A stretch of DNA of 64,000 nucleotides, from the NCBI GenBank assembly GCA_032718475.1, contig JAUCBJ010008087.1, forward strand, positions 20,465 through 84,464, written 5' to 3'. This document shows positions 12,031 to 24,560 of this stretch, piece after piece (the first letter of the stretch is position 1; every line of letters begins with the position of its first letter). The stretch comes from Nemertoderma westbladi. Taxonomy: Eukaryota; Animalia; Xenacoelomorpha. The notes below the pieces were generated by a model. The model ran no database searches. It saw only the letters and a list, made by a program, of their open reading frames with translations, and was not told the origin of the DNA. A program made the translations under genes and the position numbers.

Positions 12031-13248
12031 AATTCCAATAAAGTAAAATCGTTGTCGCAGACATCAAAAGAAGAGACAGTTAAGTAGACCAATGAGTTGT
12101 AACATTTTTAAAGTATTGTAAGTTACTTTCTAAAATATGTTAAAAATGTTTTATTGATCAGAGAATGCTCCAATTACCTCCTATTTATATACATTAGACA
12201 AAGGCCATTACTAAGTAGCCTACCTATTGAAATCAATAGAGACTCACTAAGTCAATTAACGTAGGCAATTTATATAACCTATTATAGGACAAATGTAGCA
12301 ATTATAGGAGAAATGTAGCAAATACTACATAGGGAACTACCCTGGTATAGCTAGTATTTAAATTATCATTTATTATTACAAACTTATGATTTGATTACAT
12401 GATAATAATTATTGTTAAGAAAGTAACATGCCGACCCCGACACTACTACTCTACTACTGCATCCGTTACATACAGACTGCTGTCTGATGACGCATTCTAC
12501 GACGTTAAGCCAATCATATATAAATATTACAATAATTTTTACATGCTCTGTAATTGTGTGTTGAAGGGGACCACGTTTCATATTCGCCTTATACTTGTAC
12601 TGTCTGGAGAGATCAACTAAAGAGGACTAAAGTTTTCACTTCACGATTGTCAGCCCTCTGGCGTCAGCCAATTAGGAGACCAACCCAATTCTATAACGTA
12701 TCGAACGAGGGTTTATAATAAAATTAATCTAAATTATATATAACTGAACAACGGGGGGATGCAAACGCGAGCGAATCTAGCTCGGAAAAAACTATTTAAA
12801 CTTTTGTTTTTTCTGTAGCGTATTTTTTCCTAATGTGGTAAACCATAATAACAAAAGCAGTAACCTACAGTATATCGCAGACTGACCTTTCAATTCTGTA
12901 TGTGTTAAAACAAGATGTCCTTACTCAAAGATCCTTCATTTTCTGCTTACATTTTGTGTTATTACATCATATTATGTAGCACCCATGTGAAGTATACCAG
13001 GTTTTCAATTCAGTATACATGTATGAAGAATTTGTATTTTTGCAAACACAAACTACTTATGAATGAAGTATAATAAAACTAATCTGATACAAGTACAGTA
13101 GATAGGGTCATTAAATATAATATTGTAACAGTTTAAAATGAACACAAACAACATGAATAAAGTTTGCTTAGAGTATATTATTTGATTTGGTACTAGTTCC
13201 GGAGAATCACTCCAAGTGTTAAGTGTACAGGTAACAATGATCACAAGC

Positions 13249-13797
13249 CTATGGCGCCGTATCAGTAAAGAATGCGCTACTCCAATCAACTTCCCCATTC
13301 GCTCCGAGAGGATTATTCTCCCAATTAGTATCACAGGCTCCATCGCAGCATTGCAACTGGCAGGCCACCAGGGGCACTTCTATCGTACTTTTTAAAGCAT
13401 TTGCAACACCCACCATCGCACTCGCCATAACGTTTGCAACATCTGTATCATCATCTTCACCAGCACATTCAGCCTCAGATATTGATTTACACTGACCCTT
13501 CAACACATCTGTCACACACATAACAAATCCCATATTCATGAGTAAGTTGGCATCTACTTCCTTCATCTTCCCCCCTACTAGAGTCGACATTGTCATGCAC
13601 TACGCGCAATCTTCTTTAGTTACCTTCGGTACTGCATCAGAAAGCGATTTAACCACCTGATCTTGAATTTCCTGTATTTGGGAATTGTCAGATTTTATTA
13701 CAAAAGTTAAACCTTCTTCACAAGTTATGCCTTCACAAACTGAGTTAACGAAGATAACACAAAGACATACCACGATTAATAACTTGAGGTTATCCAT
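13249..13797 (-). pseudogene. Paralog of the Ly6/uPAR-like gene with a premature stop (AAG>TAG at 13600-13602)
   Basis: ORFs 13600..13797 and 13249..13596 are in frame and colinear with 10485..11039. EDCAKCMT has become EDCA*CMT. Confidence 0.85.
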
Positions 13798-14639
13798 TCT
13801 TGTGAAGGAAATCTTAATTATTGATATAATTGTGAAATACCATAAAATTGGGAGCTTAAAGTAGTTGCAGTATCTTTAATAGAATCTACAATATATAATA
13901 ATAAAAAATGTATGGTTTTTGTTAACCAGCCTACCTCCCCAAGCCGGGTTTCTCCAGCCTAGCCAAAATTGTATTATTGACTAACATGTTAAATTACGCA
14001 AATTGTTAAAAATTTAAAAATAAATTAATGGGTACTATATCTCCACTTCATAACAAATAGCCCCTTGAAAACGGTATGGGGGGGGGGGGGGGGGGGGGGG
14101 TAGTGGCAAATACAACCAAACGTTCTGATTGGTTAGTTTTCCGTGATTGTGTGTCCTCGATTCTCTAGAGCCATTATAAGGAGGAAGGGGGGGGGGGGGG
14201 GGGGGGGGTGGTGATAATTATTAGAACCGTTCCTATGAATGGATTTCATGTACAGTAGGCCTATGAAAAGGAACGAAGGCGGGTATTGTTGTGAATAATT
14301 GGTAGCTATGATGAATGAGAAGGGGCACAATGGGCTCATGGTTAGGCCATGTTACTTACAAATAGAAATATGGTCCTGGTCCGGTTACATACAATGCCAC
14401 CACTCTAACAATGGGCTCACTCAATAACAATATAGTGTTAAAGGGGATTAAGGGATGTCTATACACTCTATCTACCTTTTGGTTGTAAAAGTCTCACTTA
14501 TTAAGGGCGACATTAATTGCTACTGTTTAGTAAACCTTTGTAGTCTGACAGCTACGGAGCCTCGTATGGGAAAGGCAAAAAATATTTATTAAATATTTAA
14601 TTATTAAATAATTATTTAATAAATATATATTGTACTTAA

Positions 14640-14745
14640 AGTAGAACTACGCCCTATATATGTGAACTACGCACTATATATGCCCTATATATGTGAACTA
14701 CGCACTATATATGCATATATAGAACTACGCACTATATATGTGAAG
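14640..14745. repeat. Short ~20-bp tandem repeat (GAACTACGCACTATATATGT)
   Basis: About four imperfect copies visible. Confidence 0.7.
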
Positions 14746-15006
14746 AATACCAGGATTTCATTTTTCGGTCGACTTTTTATTGGAATTTTATATATGAAGA
14801 TTTTTTATTTTTTTTATATATCTTTATTTAGTGTTTTATAGTCTTTTCAGTCTTATAACCTGTACCTATACTAATTCGTTTATTGTTTTGGTTAGATTCA
14901 GCCCTTCTGTAACCTGTGGTCTTGGTGAAAACCTGGTATTCTTCGCATGGGGGTAACTGCAAAGTGAAATATAACGGCAGAAAATCTGGTATTCTTAACA
15001 TGGGCC
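14738..15006. mobile_element. MITE with TIR GGCCCATGTGAAGAATACCAG (copy 1)
   Basis: Terminal inverted repeats. An inverted homolog lies at 54013-54302 and a fragment at ~12982. Confidence 0.8.
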
Positions 15007-15581
15007 TTGTACTATATATTCAGTGCAAATATGCTGTATAATATAAAAGGAATTTTAGTAAAAAAAATCCTTACCGGTAGATACAGCAAGGACACGAGGC
15101 GTTAAAGTCTATACAAATCAATCCAGGTTTCAGCCAATCACAAAGGAGATGACGTAGGGCCTATTACAAATGAATGTGGATTGATTTGTATAGACTTTAA
15201 TGACCACCCATGTTCTGTTAGAATCTATACATTTCAATTATTTTCATTTAAATACTGCTTTCCCACTACTATTTCCCATAATAGTACTAAAGTAAGTAAG
15301 ATGGTCTCCAGTGTATAATTGTTTGTTGTGTGAAGGTCAGCACACCAGTCTGCCAGTACACACAGTAGGCAGGAGAGGATTGGAATACTGATCGCATATA
15401 TATGGCAGGGTACTGTGTGTATGTAGTTACTGTAGGAGCTGTATTGAGAGCAATATTATTTAATATTAAGAGTGAGGGTCCATGACCTACACTATATACA
15501 GTAGTACTGTAGGTCATGGAAGAACTCTACAGTAGGTATCCCAACCAGTATACTGTTACTGTTAGGCCTTAGCGCCTAGCC

Positions 15582-18023
15582 ATGTCTAATATTCAATGCA
15601 AATATTGTTCTACTGGTCAAAGTTATAAATCTACGAACTCACTTGGGTGTCATATTAGGCGATTCCATAAAAACTATATTCCTCGCAGTGATAACGGCAA
15701 AATAACTTTCTCATTATCATCAGAACAAGAATTTGATTTATGGAAAGAAAATTTTGAAGATAAAACCATTTCAAAATTTATTAAGCGATCTGATGGCGCA
15801 ACGATGAGGAAGGATGGTTCCAGTGTAACGCATTACATATGTAATAGAATTGGCAACTACAGTACCAAAGGGTGTGGGCAAAGAATCTTAAAATATAAGG
15901 GGTCATATAAAGCGGCTGTGAAATCATGCTCAGCATTCATCAAAGCTGTAAAGTTGCCAAATGGGAATTTTGAAGTTGAGGCTGTAGGAACGCATGATTC
16001 ACATGATGTTTCAGTTCACCAACTGCCATTATCGAATAGAGATAAAGGTCAATGTGCGGAGTTACTTCAAATTGGAATACCAAAGGAACGTGTGTTGCAT
16101 GATATTCGTAGAACCGCAAAACTTGACAGCAGAATAATGTTTGTTAATCCACAGGATTTGAGAAATATATGCAAGAAAAACGGCATTAATTGTGATGAAA
16201 GGCGCCATGAAAACGATGCTATGTCGGTAGACATACGTGTTGAGGAGCTGCAATCATTAGACGAAAATCCTATTTTACTATATAAACCACAAGGGTTAAA
16301 CACTACTGTGAAACTTATGGATAGTCAATTATCTGATGACGATTTCGCTTTAATTATACAGACAAAATATCAATCTGACTGCTTTAAATTGTTTTCCAAA
16401 CATTTCGTATGTGTTGACTCCACTCATAAAACATCCGGCTATCAATTCCCACTAACAACCTTATTGGTATTGGTTGCGGACAGCTGGGGTGAAGGAATGC
16501 CTGTTGCGTGGTTGATCTCTAATAGAGAGGACTTCACCATGATTCGGCTCTTCTTTAGATTGCTATATGAACAGAGTCCAGAGGTTACTACGGCGGCGCT
16601 AATGAGTGATGACGCAGAACAGTACTATAAGTCTTGGGTTGACGCATTTCCACAACTCGAACAACCACGTAAACTACTCTGTAAGTGGCATGTTAAGAGA
16701 GCATGGACTGAGAACATAGCTAAGCTACCGCTGGAAGATAGATCAGAAGTAATGAAGATATTACACATGCTATGTGATGAACTAGACGAAGCACTGTTCA
16801 ATGAATCAATGAATAACTTCTTAGAATATCTTACTGCCAACGAACAGCGTCATGCATTTCGAGACTACTTTTGTAATTTCTATGCTAATCGAACCGAGAC
16901 TTGGGCGAGTTGCCACCGTACCAATCTACAAATAAATACGAATACGTATGTTGAATCATTTCACAAAGTAATTAAGTATAAATACCTCAAGGCGACTAAT
17001 AACAAGCGCTTGGATATACTTATTGATAAGCTTTTGCTCTTTGTTCAAGATAAGAATGTAGAACATCAAATCAGAGATATTGAAGGGAAATATTCTAAAG
17101 CCCAGAAGGAAAACGTTGCGCGGCATCGCCGGGCCTTGGCTCAACTGGATATCTTCTCTATTGAAGCTGCAAATGAGTTTATATGGTCTGTGACAAGCGG
17201 AACAAATAAGTACACTGATACATGCAATGCAAAAGTGAACTGTTGCAAACAGATTTGTCCAATATGTAACATCTGTTGTCACCGTTACAAGTGTTCTTGT
17301 AAGGATGCTGTTTTCACGAAAAGGCGCATTTGTAAACATATCCACGCAGTCTGCATTCAGTATCATGCTGGTAGAACAACATCTGTTTCGCAGGAAGATA
17401 TTGGGGCTGTTTCGCAGGAAGATATCCCGTCTGTTTCGCAGGAAGATATTCCGTCCATTTCGCAGGAAGATATCCCGTCTGTTTCGCAGGGAGATATCCC
17501 GTCTGTCCATCATACTGTCCTTCCGTCAGTTCATGATGCTGATATCGAACAACTATCCGAAACTGATTTATGCGAACCACAACTGGTTTCGGATTTTTGG
17601 GATTCTGGAATCCCTAAACAGTTCTGGGAGGCTACCTCCGCCATGTCTACGTCTAAGGAGGTAGGGTACCCCCTGCCTTGTCTGAACAAACTGAATTCTT
17701 TATTGCACAACCCGAAAATTACGCACAGCAATAAATTAATGGCTCACAATGCCATTGACAACATTATAAAATCCTTAACACATCGATTACCACTACTCAC
17801 AAAGTCGCCTAATAATAAACGAATTATCACCCAAAACCGCCGAATTTCCTCAATCCGATGGCAATTGTACACAACGCGAAAAAAACAAATTAGAAAAAAG
17901 AAGAAATACCTAAGACCGACTAACATGGAACAAAATAGTATGTCTGCATATCTCAATCGATTGCAGCCGGTTGTAATTGGACCGGGCCGCGATCATGATT
18001 ACGCATTAACTAACTGTATCTGA
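15582..18023 (+). CDS. MULE transposase with C2H2 finger, WRKY/FLYWCH-like DNA-binding domain, DDE core and SWIM finger
   Basis: CKYC...HIRRFH; VDSTHKT, MSDDAEQ, CKWH and TNTYVESFH (DDE with CxxH); CSC...CKHIHAV (SWIM). Uninterrupted 813-aa ORF. Confidence 0.95.
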   Translation: MSNIQCKYCSTGQSYKSTNSLGCHIRRFHKNYIPRSDNGKITFSLSSEQEFDLWKENFEDKTISKFIKRSDGATMRKDGSSVTHYICNRIGNYSTKGCGQRILKYKGSYKAAVKSCSAFIKAVKLPNGNFEVEAVGTHDSHDVSVHQLPLSNRDKGQCAELLQIGIPKERVLHDIRRTAKLDSRIMFVNPQDLRNICKKNGINCDERRHENDAMSVDIRVEELQSLDENPILLYKPQGLNTTVKLMDSQLSDDDFALIIQTKYQSDCFKLFSKHFVCVDSTHKTSGYQFPLTTLLVLVADSWGEGMPVAWLISNREDFTMIRLFFRLLYEQSPEVTTAALMSDDAEQYYKSWVDAFPQLEQPRKLLCKWHVKRAWTENIAKLPLEDRSEVMKILHMLCDELDEALFNESMNNFLEYLTANEQRHAFRDYFCNFYANRTETWASCHRTNLQINTNTYVESFHKVIKYKYLKATNNKRLDILIDKLLLFVQDKNVEHQIRDIEGKYSKAQKENVARHRRALAQLDIFSIEAANEFIWSVTSGTNKYTDTCNAKVNCCKQICPICNICCHRYKCSCKDAVFTKRRICKHIHAVCIQYHAGRTTSVSQEDIGAVSQEDIPSVSQEDIPSISQEDIPSVSQGDIPSVHHTVLPSVHDADIEQLSETDLCEPQLVSDFWDSGIPKQFWEATSAMSTSKEVGYPLPCLNKLNSLLHNPKITHSNKLMAHNAIDNIIKSLTHRLPLLTKSPNNKRIITQNRRISSIRWQLYTTRKKQIRKKKKYLRPTNMEQNSMSAYLNRLQPVVIGPGRDHDYALTNCI
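17381..17510 (+). repeat. Coding 24-bp minisatellite (SVSQEDIP) x5 in the transposase C-terminus
   Basis: TCTGTTTCGCAGGAAGATATCCCG units. Confidence 0.9.
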
Positions 18024-18365
18024 CTGTACATTTTATACTGTACGTATGATTAAATGTTCTGCGGCTTTCAGATAATGGTTTGCTTTCAGATAATGATTAA
18101 CCTGTTAATTTACTATAAGCATAACATATGTATCTATAATTATAATAATGTAGAACAAGTATGAGAGTGTCTAGCAAAGATTTTTCATATCCTTTCATAT
18201 AGCCTATACGGTTGACTTGAACTTATAATTTAAATTATAAGTAAAAAAATTGAAATGTATAGATTCTAACAGAACGTGGGTGGTCATTAAAGCCCATACA
18301 AATTAATCCACATTCGGTTGTAATAGGCCTACGTCATCTCCTTTGTGATTGGCTGAAACCTGGAT

Positions 18366-21300
18366 GGTCTGGCTGCAACCGGAGAGCCCGAGGCTCGACA
18401 GAGAATTATGAGGTATAGATACTGCAGCCTATTTAACGGAACATAGAACCCACCATCAACACCAACTTCAAACCTCATAATTTAACGGTCTAGTATCACT
18501 CCCTGAGAAGTAGGCATTTTGCTTTGATCTTTTTTAGGTGGATCTTTAAATGATTTTTCCAGGAGAACGGCGAAAGCTAGAACGATTCTGTTTGCGCGAT
18601 CTGGTAGATGGCCCTAGCGCGCTAGCTAGGAGTTTTTGTGGAAAAAATCTGTTAATTAATTAATTAGTAATTAGCGATTAAAGATTTCTAATTGATTTTT
18701 CTCGAAAAGTATTTGATTTTTCCCCTAGCAACGGTGTTTCTTTTTGTTCATCTCGGTAAGATCTAAAAAAAGTTCAGTCATCGCTATGGCCCTCCTATTA
18801 CTGTTAATTAGTACTAATTAGCCGAAAACTAATTAGCGTCGTAACTCGAAAACACTAAGAGCTATGAAAAAACGTAACATCACAAAGTTGTTCGGAATTT
18901 TATTCTACACAAAAAAGTCTCTAGCGCCGATGCCGTATCTCCTACCGTTAATTAGTAATTAACTAATTACTTAATTACCTAATTGGCGGGGGGGCTTTGT
19001 CCCCCCCGCCCCCAAATCCTTATTCACAAGGTGTATCAAAGCGGTTTACTATTTTACAAATGATAATTATTCTAAAATCTTTTGAATCGAACTAATTAAC
19101 GATTTTACTAATTAGTAAAGTTTCCCAAATTAATTAATAATTTATCCAATCCGGCTGCAATTAATTAAACAGCTGAGTCGTCAGCCTGGTTTGATGAACT
19201 TGATGAAATCATAAAGTCAGTAGTTGCTGTATGCCATTACTGACTAAAACTATATCTGTATATACCAAGCACCTCTTGCCGGTAGCTATCTCCACAGTCT
19301 GTAGTGAGCACCGGTGCAGGTATGGTAGGCCTACATGTATGGCATATTTAGTGGAGGTTCTTTTGGCAGATAGGCCTAGTCAAAACGTTACATCAGATGC
19401 CGTATTTTAGTCAAAACGTACCCTATCTTCATATAGTTGAGTATTGTCAATACAGGAATATCCAAGTACTGGGTACTCCTGTACTTAGTATACCCATCTG
19501 CCCATGTACAGTAACTGGCTGATAGTTACCCTTAGTTTGTAGGCTATAGATGATTGACGTTTCTAGCAATGTTCTTAACGTTGGGATTTTACTGGAAGTT
19601 ATTAATACCATAGTTTACCCCAAAAAAACTAAAATTACCCAAATCGCACCAAATCAAAATAAATCTTATAACAGCAACACGGGCTATCTGACGATATGGA
19701 TTAGATCAATGTAGCGGATTGTGACCATTGAAGGGCTTCTTATGCATGCAAAGGAAAATATGATCAGACCCAAATCACACAGTCAGACCTGATCTTTTGC
19801 TGATCAAATACCGGTAGGTGACTTTGCTGATATGCAGTAACATTTTACGGTACAATTTGATGCGAAAATGTTTTGGCCAGTACTCTGAACCTTCCATTGG
19901 GGTCTCAGGTCATGCGCGTACCATGGTCACTGTATCTGGCACCTGATTGGCTCAAATATTCAAACGCTGAAAACTTACCTAGGCCTTGACAATTAGTGAT
20001 AAGATTTTATGCGAATATGTTTTGGATGGTGTTCTGAATCTCGCGTTGAGGTCCCAAGTCACCCCCATACCGTGGTCATCAGATACGGCGCCTGATTGGC
20101 TAATGCTTTGAACGACGATAACTCGAGTTTGCTTCACTTTGGGATGAAGTTTGAAAGCTAAGAATATTCTCTGGAGTATGCCCTGGCTGCAACCGGAGAG
20201 CCCGAGGCTCGACAGAGAATTATGAGGTATAGATACTGCAGCCTATTTAACGGAACATAGAACCCACCATCAACACCAACTTCAAACCTCATAATTTAAC
20301 GGTCTAGTATCACTCCCTGAGAAGTAGGCATTTTGCTTTGATCTTTTTTAGGTGGATCTTTAAATGATTTTTCCAGGAGAACGGCGAAAGCTAGAACGAT
20401 TCTGTTTGCGCGATCTGGTAGATGGCCCTAGCGCGCTAGCTAGGAGTTTTTGTGGAAAAAATCTGTTAATTAATTAATTAGTAATTAGCGATTAAAGATT
20501 TCTAATTGATTTTTCTCGAAAAGTATTTGATTTTTCCCCTAGCAACGGTGTTTCTTTTTGTTCATCTCGGTAAGATCTAAAAAAAGTTCAGTCATCGCTA
20601 TGGCCCTCCTATTACTGTTAATTAGTACTAATTAGCCGAAAACTAATTAGCGTCGTAACTCGAAAACACTAAGAGCTATGAAAAAACGTAACATCACAAA
20701 GTTGTTCGGAATTTTATTCTACACAAAAAAGTCTCTAGCGCCGATGCCGTATCTCCTACCGTTAATTAGTAATTAACTAATTACTTAATTACCTAATTGG
20801 CGGGGGGGCTTTGTCCCCCCCGCCCCCAAATCCTTATTCACAAGGTGTATCAAAGCGGTTTACTATTTTACAAATGATAATTATTCTAAAATCTTTTGAA
20901 TCGAACTAATTAACGATTTTACTAATTAGTAAAGTTTCCCAAATTAATTAATAATTTATCCAATCCGGCTGCAATTAATTAAACAGCTGAGTCGTCAGCC
21001 TGGTTTGATGAACTTGATGAAATCATAAAGTCAGTAGTTGCTGTATGCCATTACTGACTAAAACTATATCTGTATATACCAAGCACCTCTTGCCGGTAGC
21101 TATCTCCACAGTCTGTAGTGAGCACCGGTGCAGGTATGGTAGGCCTACATGTATGGCATATTTAGTGGAGGTTCTTTTGGCAGATAGGCCTAGTCAAAAC
21201 GTTACATCAGATGCCGTATTTTAGTCAAAACGTACCCTATCTTCATATAGTTGAGTATTGTCAATACAGGAATATCCAAGTACTGGGTACTCCTGTACTT

Positions 21301-23255
21301 AGTATACCCATCTGCCCATGTACAGTAACTGGCTGATAGTTACCCTTAGTTTGTAGGCTATAGATGATTGACGTTTCTAGCAATGTTCTTAACGTTGGGA
21401 TTTTACTGGAAGTTATTAATACCATAGTTTACCCCAAAAAAACTAAAATTACCCAAATCGCACCAAATCAAAATAAATCTTATAACAGCAACACGGGCTA
21501 TCTGACGATATGGATTAGATCAATGTAGCGGATTGTGACCATTGAAGGGCTTCTTATGCATGCAAAGGAAAATATGATCAGACCCAAATCACACAGTCAG
21601 ACCTGATCTTTTGCTGATCAAATACCGGTAGGTGACTTTGCTGATATGCAGTAACATTTTACGGTACAATTTGATGCGAAAATGTTTTGGCCAGTACTCT
21701 GAACCTTCCATTGGGGTCTCAGGTCATGCGCGTACCATGGTCACTGTATCTGGCACCTGATTGGCTCAAATATTCAAACGCTGAAAACTTACCTAGGCCT
21801 TGACAATTAGTGATAAGATTTTATGCGAATATGTTTTGGATGGTGTTCTGAATCTCGCGTTGAGGTCCCAAGTCACCCCCATACCGTGGTCATCAGATAC
21901 GGCGCCTGATTGGCTAATGCTTTGAACGACGATAACTCGAGTTTGCTTCACTTTGGGATGAAGTTTGAAAGCTAAGAATATTCTCTGGAGTATGCCCTAA
22001 CTCACTGACGATGTTTTATAGCTGTTGGATTGTCGGGTTTTGCTACGTGGTCTATGATTGGTTAATTTTTTGAAAGGCTATATCTCAAGAAGTATTCACT
22101 TTGGAATGATGAAGTTTATTTTAAATGTTCTCTAGAGTGTTTCCGATCCTACTAAAGACATCCAATTGCTGTATGACTACCGGTTTTACGCTTTTGATTG
22201 TTTGAATATGCATGAAAATTTTGCATATAATATATCAAGAAGAATTAATTTTTGCACAAAGGAAATAATACTTACAATGCTCTCTGACATGTCTGGTGTA
22301 TTTTAAAATCACTGGGGTTGAACAATTGTAATTGGAATACACCTTTATGGGTTTTCTTTATGATTTTAGAGCTTTAAAAGTTCAATATTAAATTTTTTAT
22401 TAAATAATTATTTTTGTGTTATTTGTTAATATGAGTATATTTCTGTATTTGCTGGTATTATATTTTGGGTGTTTTTTTTGTTATTAGTTTTGGTATTAAT
22501 TATTTTTTATCAATCCAGGGAATATCCTTATTAACTCTGGGTCCTCACTCGTTAATTCAGGGACCACCCTCGATAGCTCTGGGTCCACCCTCATCTCGTT
22601 AATTCAGAACCACCTTTGTCAATTCAACAAATTTGAATAATTTTTTTTATTAGGTTTTCCAAGGTGCTGAATTAATTGATTGAAGATGGTTTTAAATGGC
22701 CTGCTTTTATTGTAATTCCATTTCGTGTGATGTGTTTCGTGCCACAAATTTTTGAAGTATAAATAATAATTTAATAATATGGTAGGCCTACATGTAGGGC
22801 AGATATAGTGGAGGTTCTTTTGGCAGATAGGCCTAGTCAAAACGTTACATCAGATGCAGAATTTTAGTCAAAACGTACCCTATCTTCATATATGGTAGTT
22901 GAATATTGTGAATACAGGAATACCCAAGTACTTCTGTAGGCCTACTAATGTACATGCGCAAGTAATATAAATTGGGGGGGTCTATGCGCCTGTCGATTCA
23001 TACGAATCGACAGGCGCAACAAAAGTATTTGGAATATTATGCCCATGTATACTTATATATGTAAGCCTTCAAGTAGAAACAAAACTGACCTTAACAAAAT
23101 CAAGGTAGGCATTTGTTATTTTCCATCAGCAATATGGGCTTTAACTTTTAACTTTACATGGGATTAATAATACTGTAATATTCTAGAACAATACCACATG
23201 GCCAACGCCGTCGGCCATGCGCTCGCACGGCGCAAATGCTCCATTTGCGCTCTCC
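18366..23255. mobile_element. Non-autonomous DNA element with 8-bp TSD (ACCTGGAT) and short asymmetric subterminal IR, Zisupton/KDZ-like
   Basis: TSD at 18358-18365 and 23256-23263. GGAGAGC lies 15 bp inside the left end and GCTCTCC is at the right terminus, preceded by two GC-rich hairpins. No long ORF. Confidence 0.7.
18369..21996. repeat. Apparently identical 1814-bp tandem duplication
   Basis: 18369-20182 matches 20183-21996 at every point checked, with CT microhomology at the junction. Confidence 0.93.
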
Positions 23256-23753
23256 ACCTGGATTGATTTGTATAGACTTTAACGCCTCGTCAGCAAGGAC
23301 CAAATTGTGTAAATAAACTATTAAGCTTTAAAAAGAATAAAACTGTACCTATACGTCCCAGTGATCGGTAGGTTTCGGCCCGCAGCTGAAGGCGTTCTCA
23401 AGAGGCCAAGCCAGCAAATGTGTTGCGTACTGTAAATACTTCACTGACTCCTGCTACTACAAAGAAACTCTGTTCCCACAAAAATCTGTTCTTCCAGCCA
23501 ATTAAAAATTGTATAAACTTACGATTCAATATGAATGTATTTCTCTCTTCATAATTCTATATCGATTAAGTTCAAATATTCATACGGATACTGCGAAAAG
23601 TTATAGTACCCTACTCACAAGGACTGGACTACTACATACAGTAAATAAAATACAGTAATGATAATAACCTTGTTTTACAGCCTACATCAATAACAGTACA
23701 GTTGTAGTTTCGGTGGTAAATCAATACAAGGTTGTGTGTTTTAAGTTTTGAGA

Positions 23754-24560
23754 ATGGGTAACACGGCTAGTATAGAAGAATACAAGTGGCAAATAGCCGG
23801 TTATTGCGTCGGCGCCGACTTCGCGATTCAATGGATCGGTTGGTTGATCGCCAGCGCCTTAGGAACCGAACGATTCTACGACATTACCGGGTCTATTACC
23901 TTCGTAACTCTAGCCTGGGCGAGTATAATCCATGATCTATCGCCCTCTAAGGTGGTCCAGGCCAGTCTCATAACAGCCTGGGCTTCCCGCCTAGGATTGC
24001 ATCTGATCACCCGCATCATAAAGGACAAGAAAGACAGACGATTCGACGGCGTTCGCGACAACCCACGCAAATTCTTCATCTACTGGACTATCCAAGGCGT
24101 CTGGATTGCCATTACTTTAGCTCCCACCTTGATTATGAACGTGAAGTCGAGTCACACTGATTGGATGAGTGCTCCCGCAGTGTGTGTGCGCGGAGTGGGC
24201 TGGTTGGTGTGGCTCGTTGGTTTCTCTCTCGAGGCCGTCGCCGACGCCCAGAAGAGATCGTTTCGCTCGGACCCCGCCAACGCGGGTGCCTTTATCTCCA
24301 CCGGTCTCTGGTCCATCTCCCAGCATCCCAACTACCTCGGTGAGATCGTTCTCTGGTTCGGTCTCTACATCTCGTCTGCGGCACACTTCCGTACCTGGGA
24401 GTTCCTTTCGGTTTTATCTCCGATATTCGTCGCCTACCTTCTCATTAACGTCTCCGGGATTCCCCTATTAGATAAAGCCGCTAAGGCCCATTGGGGTGAC
24501 AACCCAGCGTATAAACGCTATTGCAAGGGAACTAAAAAGTTGGTCCCATTTATATGGTAG
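23754..24560 (+). CDS. DUF1295 / steroid 5-alpha-reductase-like membrane protein, intronless
   Basis: TERFYDITGS, WASRLG, KDRRFD, WTIQGVW, EAVADAQK, FISTGLWSISQHPNYLGEI and VSGIPLL motifs with multiple TM segments. ATG at 23754. Confidence 0.92.
   Translation: MGNTASIEEYKWQIAGYCVGADFAIQWIGWLIASALGTERFYDITGSITFVTLAWASIIHDLSPSKVVQASLITAWASRLGLHLITRIIKDKKDRRFDGVRDNPRKFFIYWTIQGVWIAITLAPTLIMNVKSSHTDWMSAPAVCVRGVGWLVWLVGFSLEAVADAQKRSFRSDPANAGAFISTGLWSISQHPNYLGEIVLWFGLYISSAAHFRTWEFLSVLSPIFVAYLLINVSGIPLLDKAAKAHWGDNPAYKRYCKGTKKLVPFIW

Larger units (their letters stand above)
15094..23290 (+). mobile_element. Mutator-like (MULE) DNA transposon with ~150-bp TIRs and 10-bp TSD CAGCAAGGAC
   Basis: TSD at 15084-15093 and 23291-23300. 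Left TIR 15094-~15245. Right TIR split into ~18245-18365 and 23256-23290. Confidence 0.95.

Noticed and set aside
12484-12520. Hammerhead at CTGATGACG
   Set aside because: No stem II followed by GAAA.
14078-14210. Poly-G tracts as G-quadruplex regulatory elements (also ~27389-27406)
   Set aside because: Simple homopolymers with unreliable length and no supporting context.
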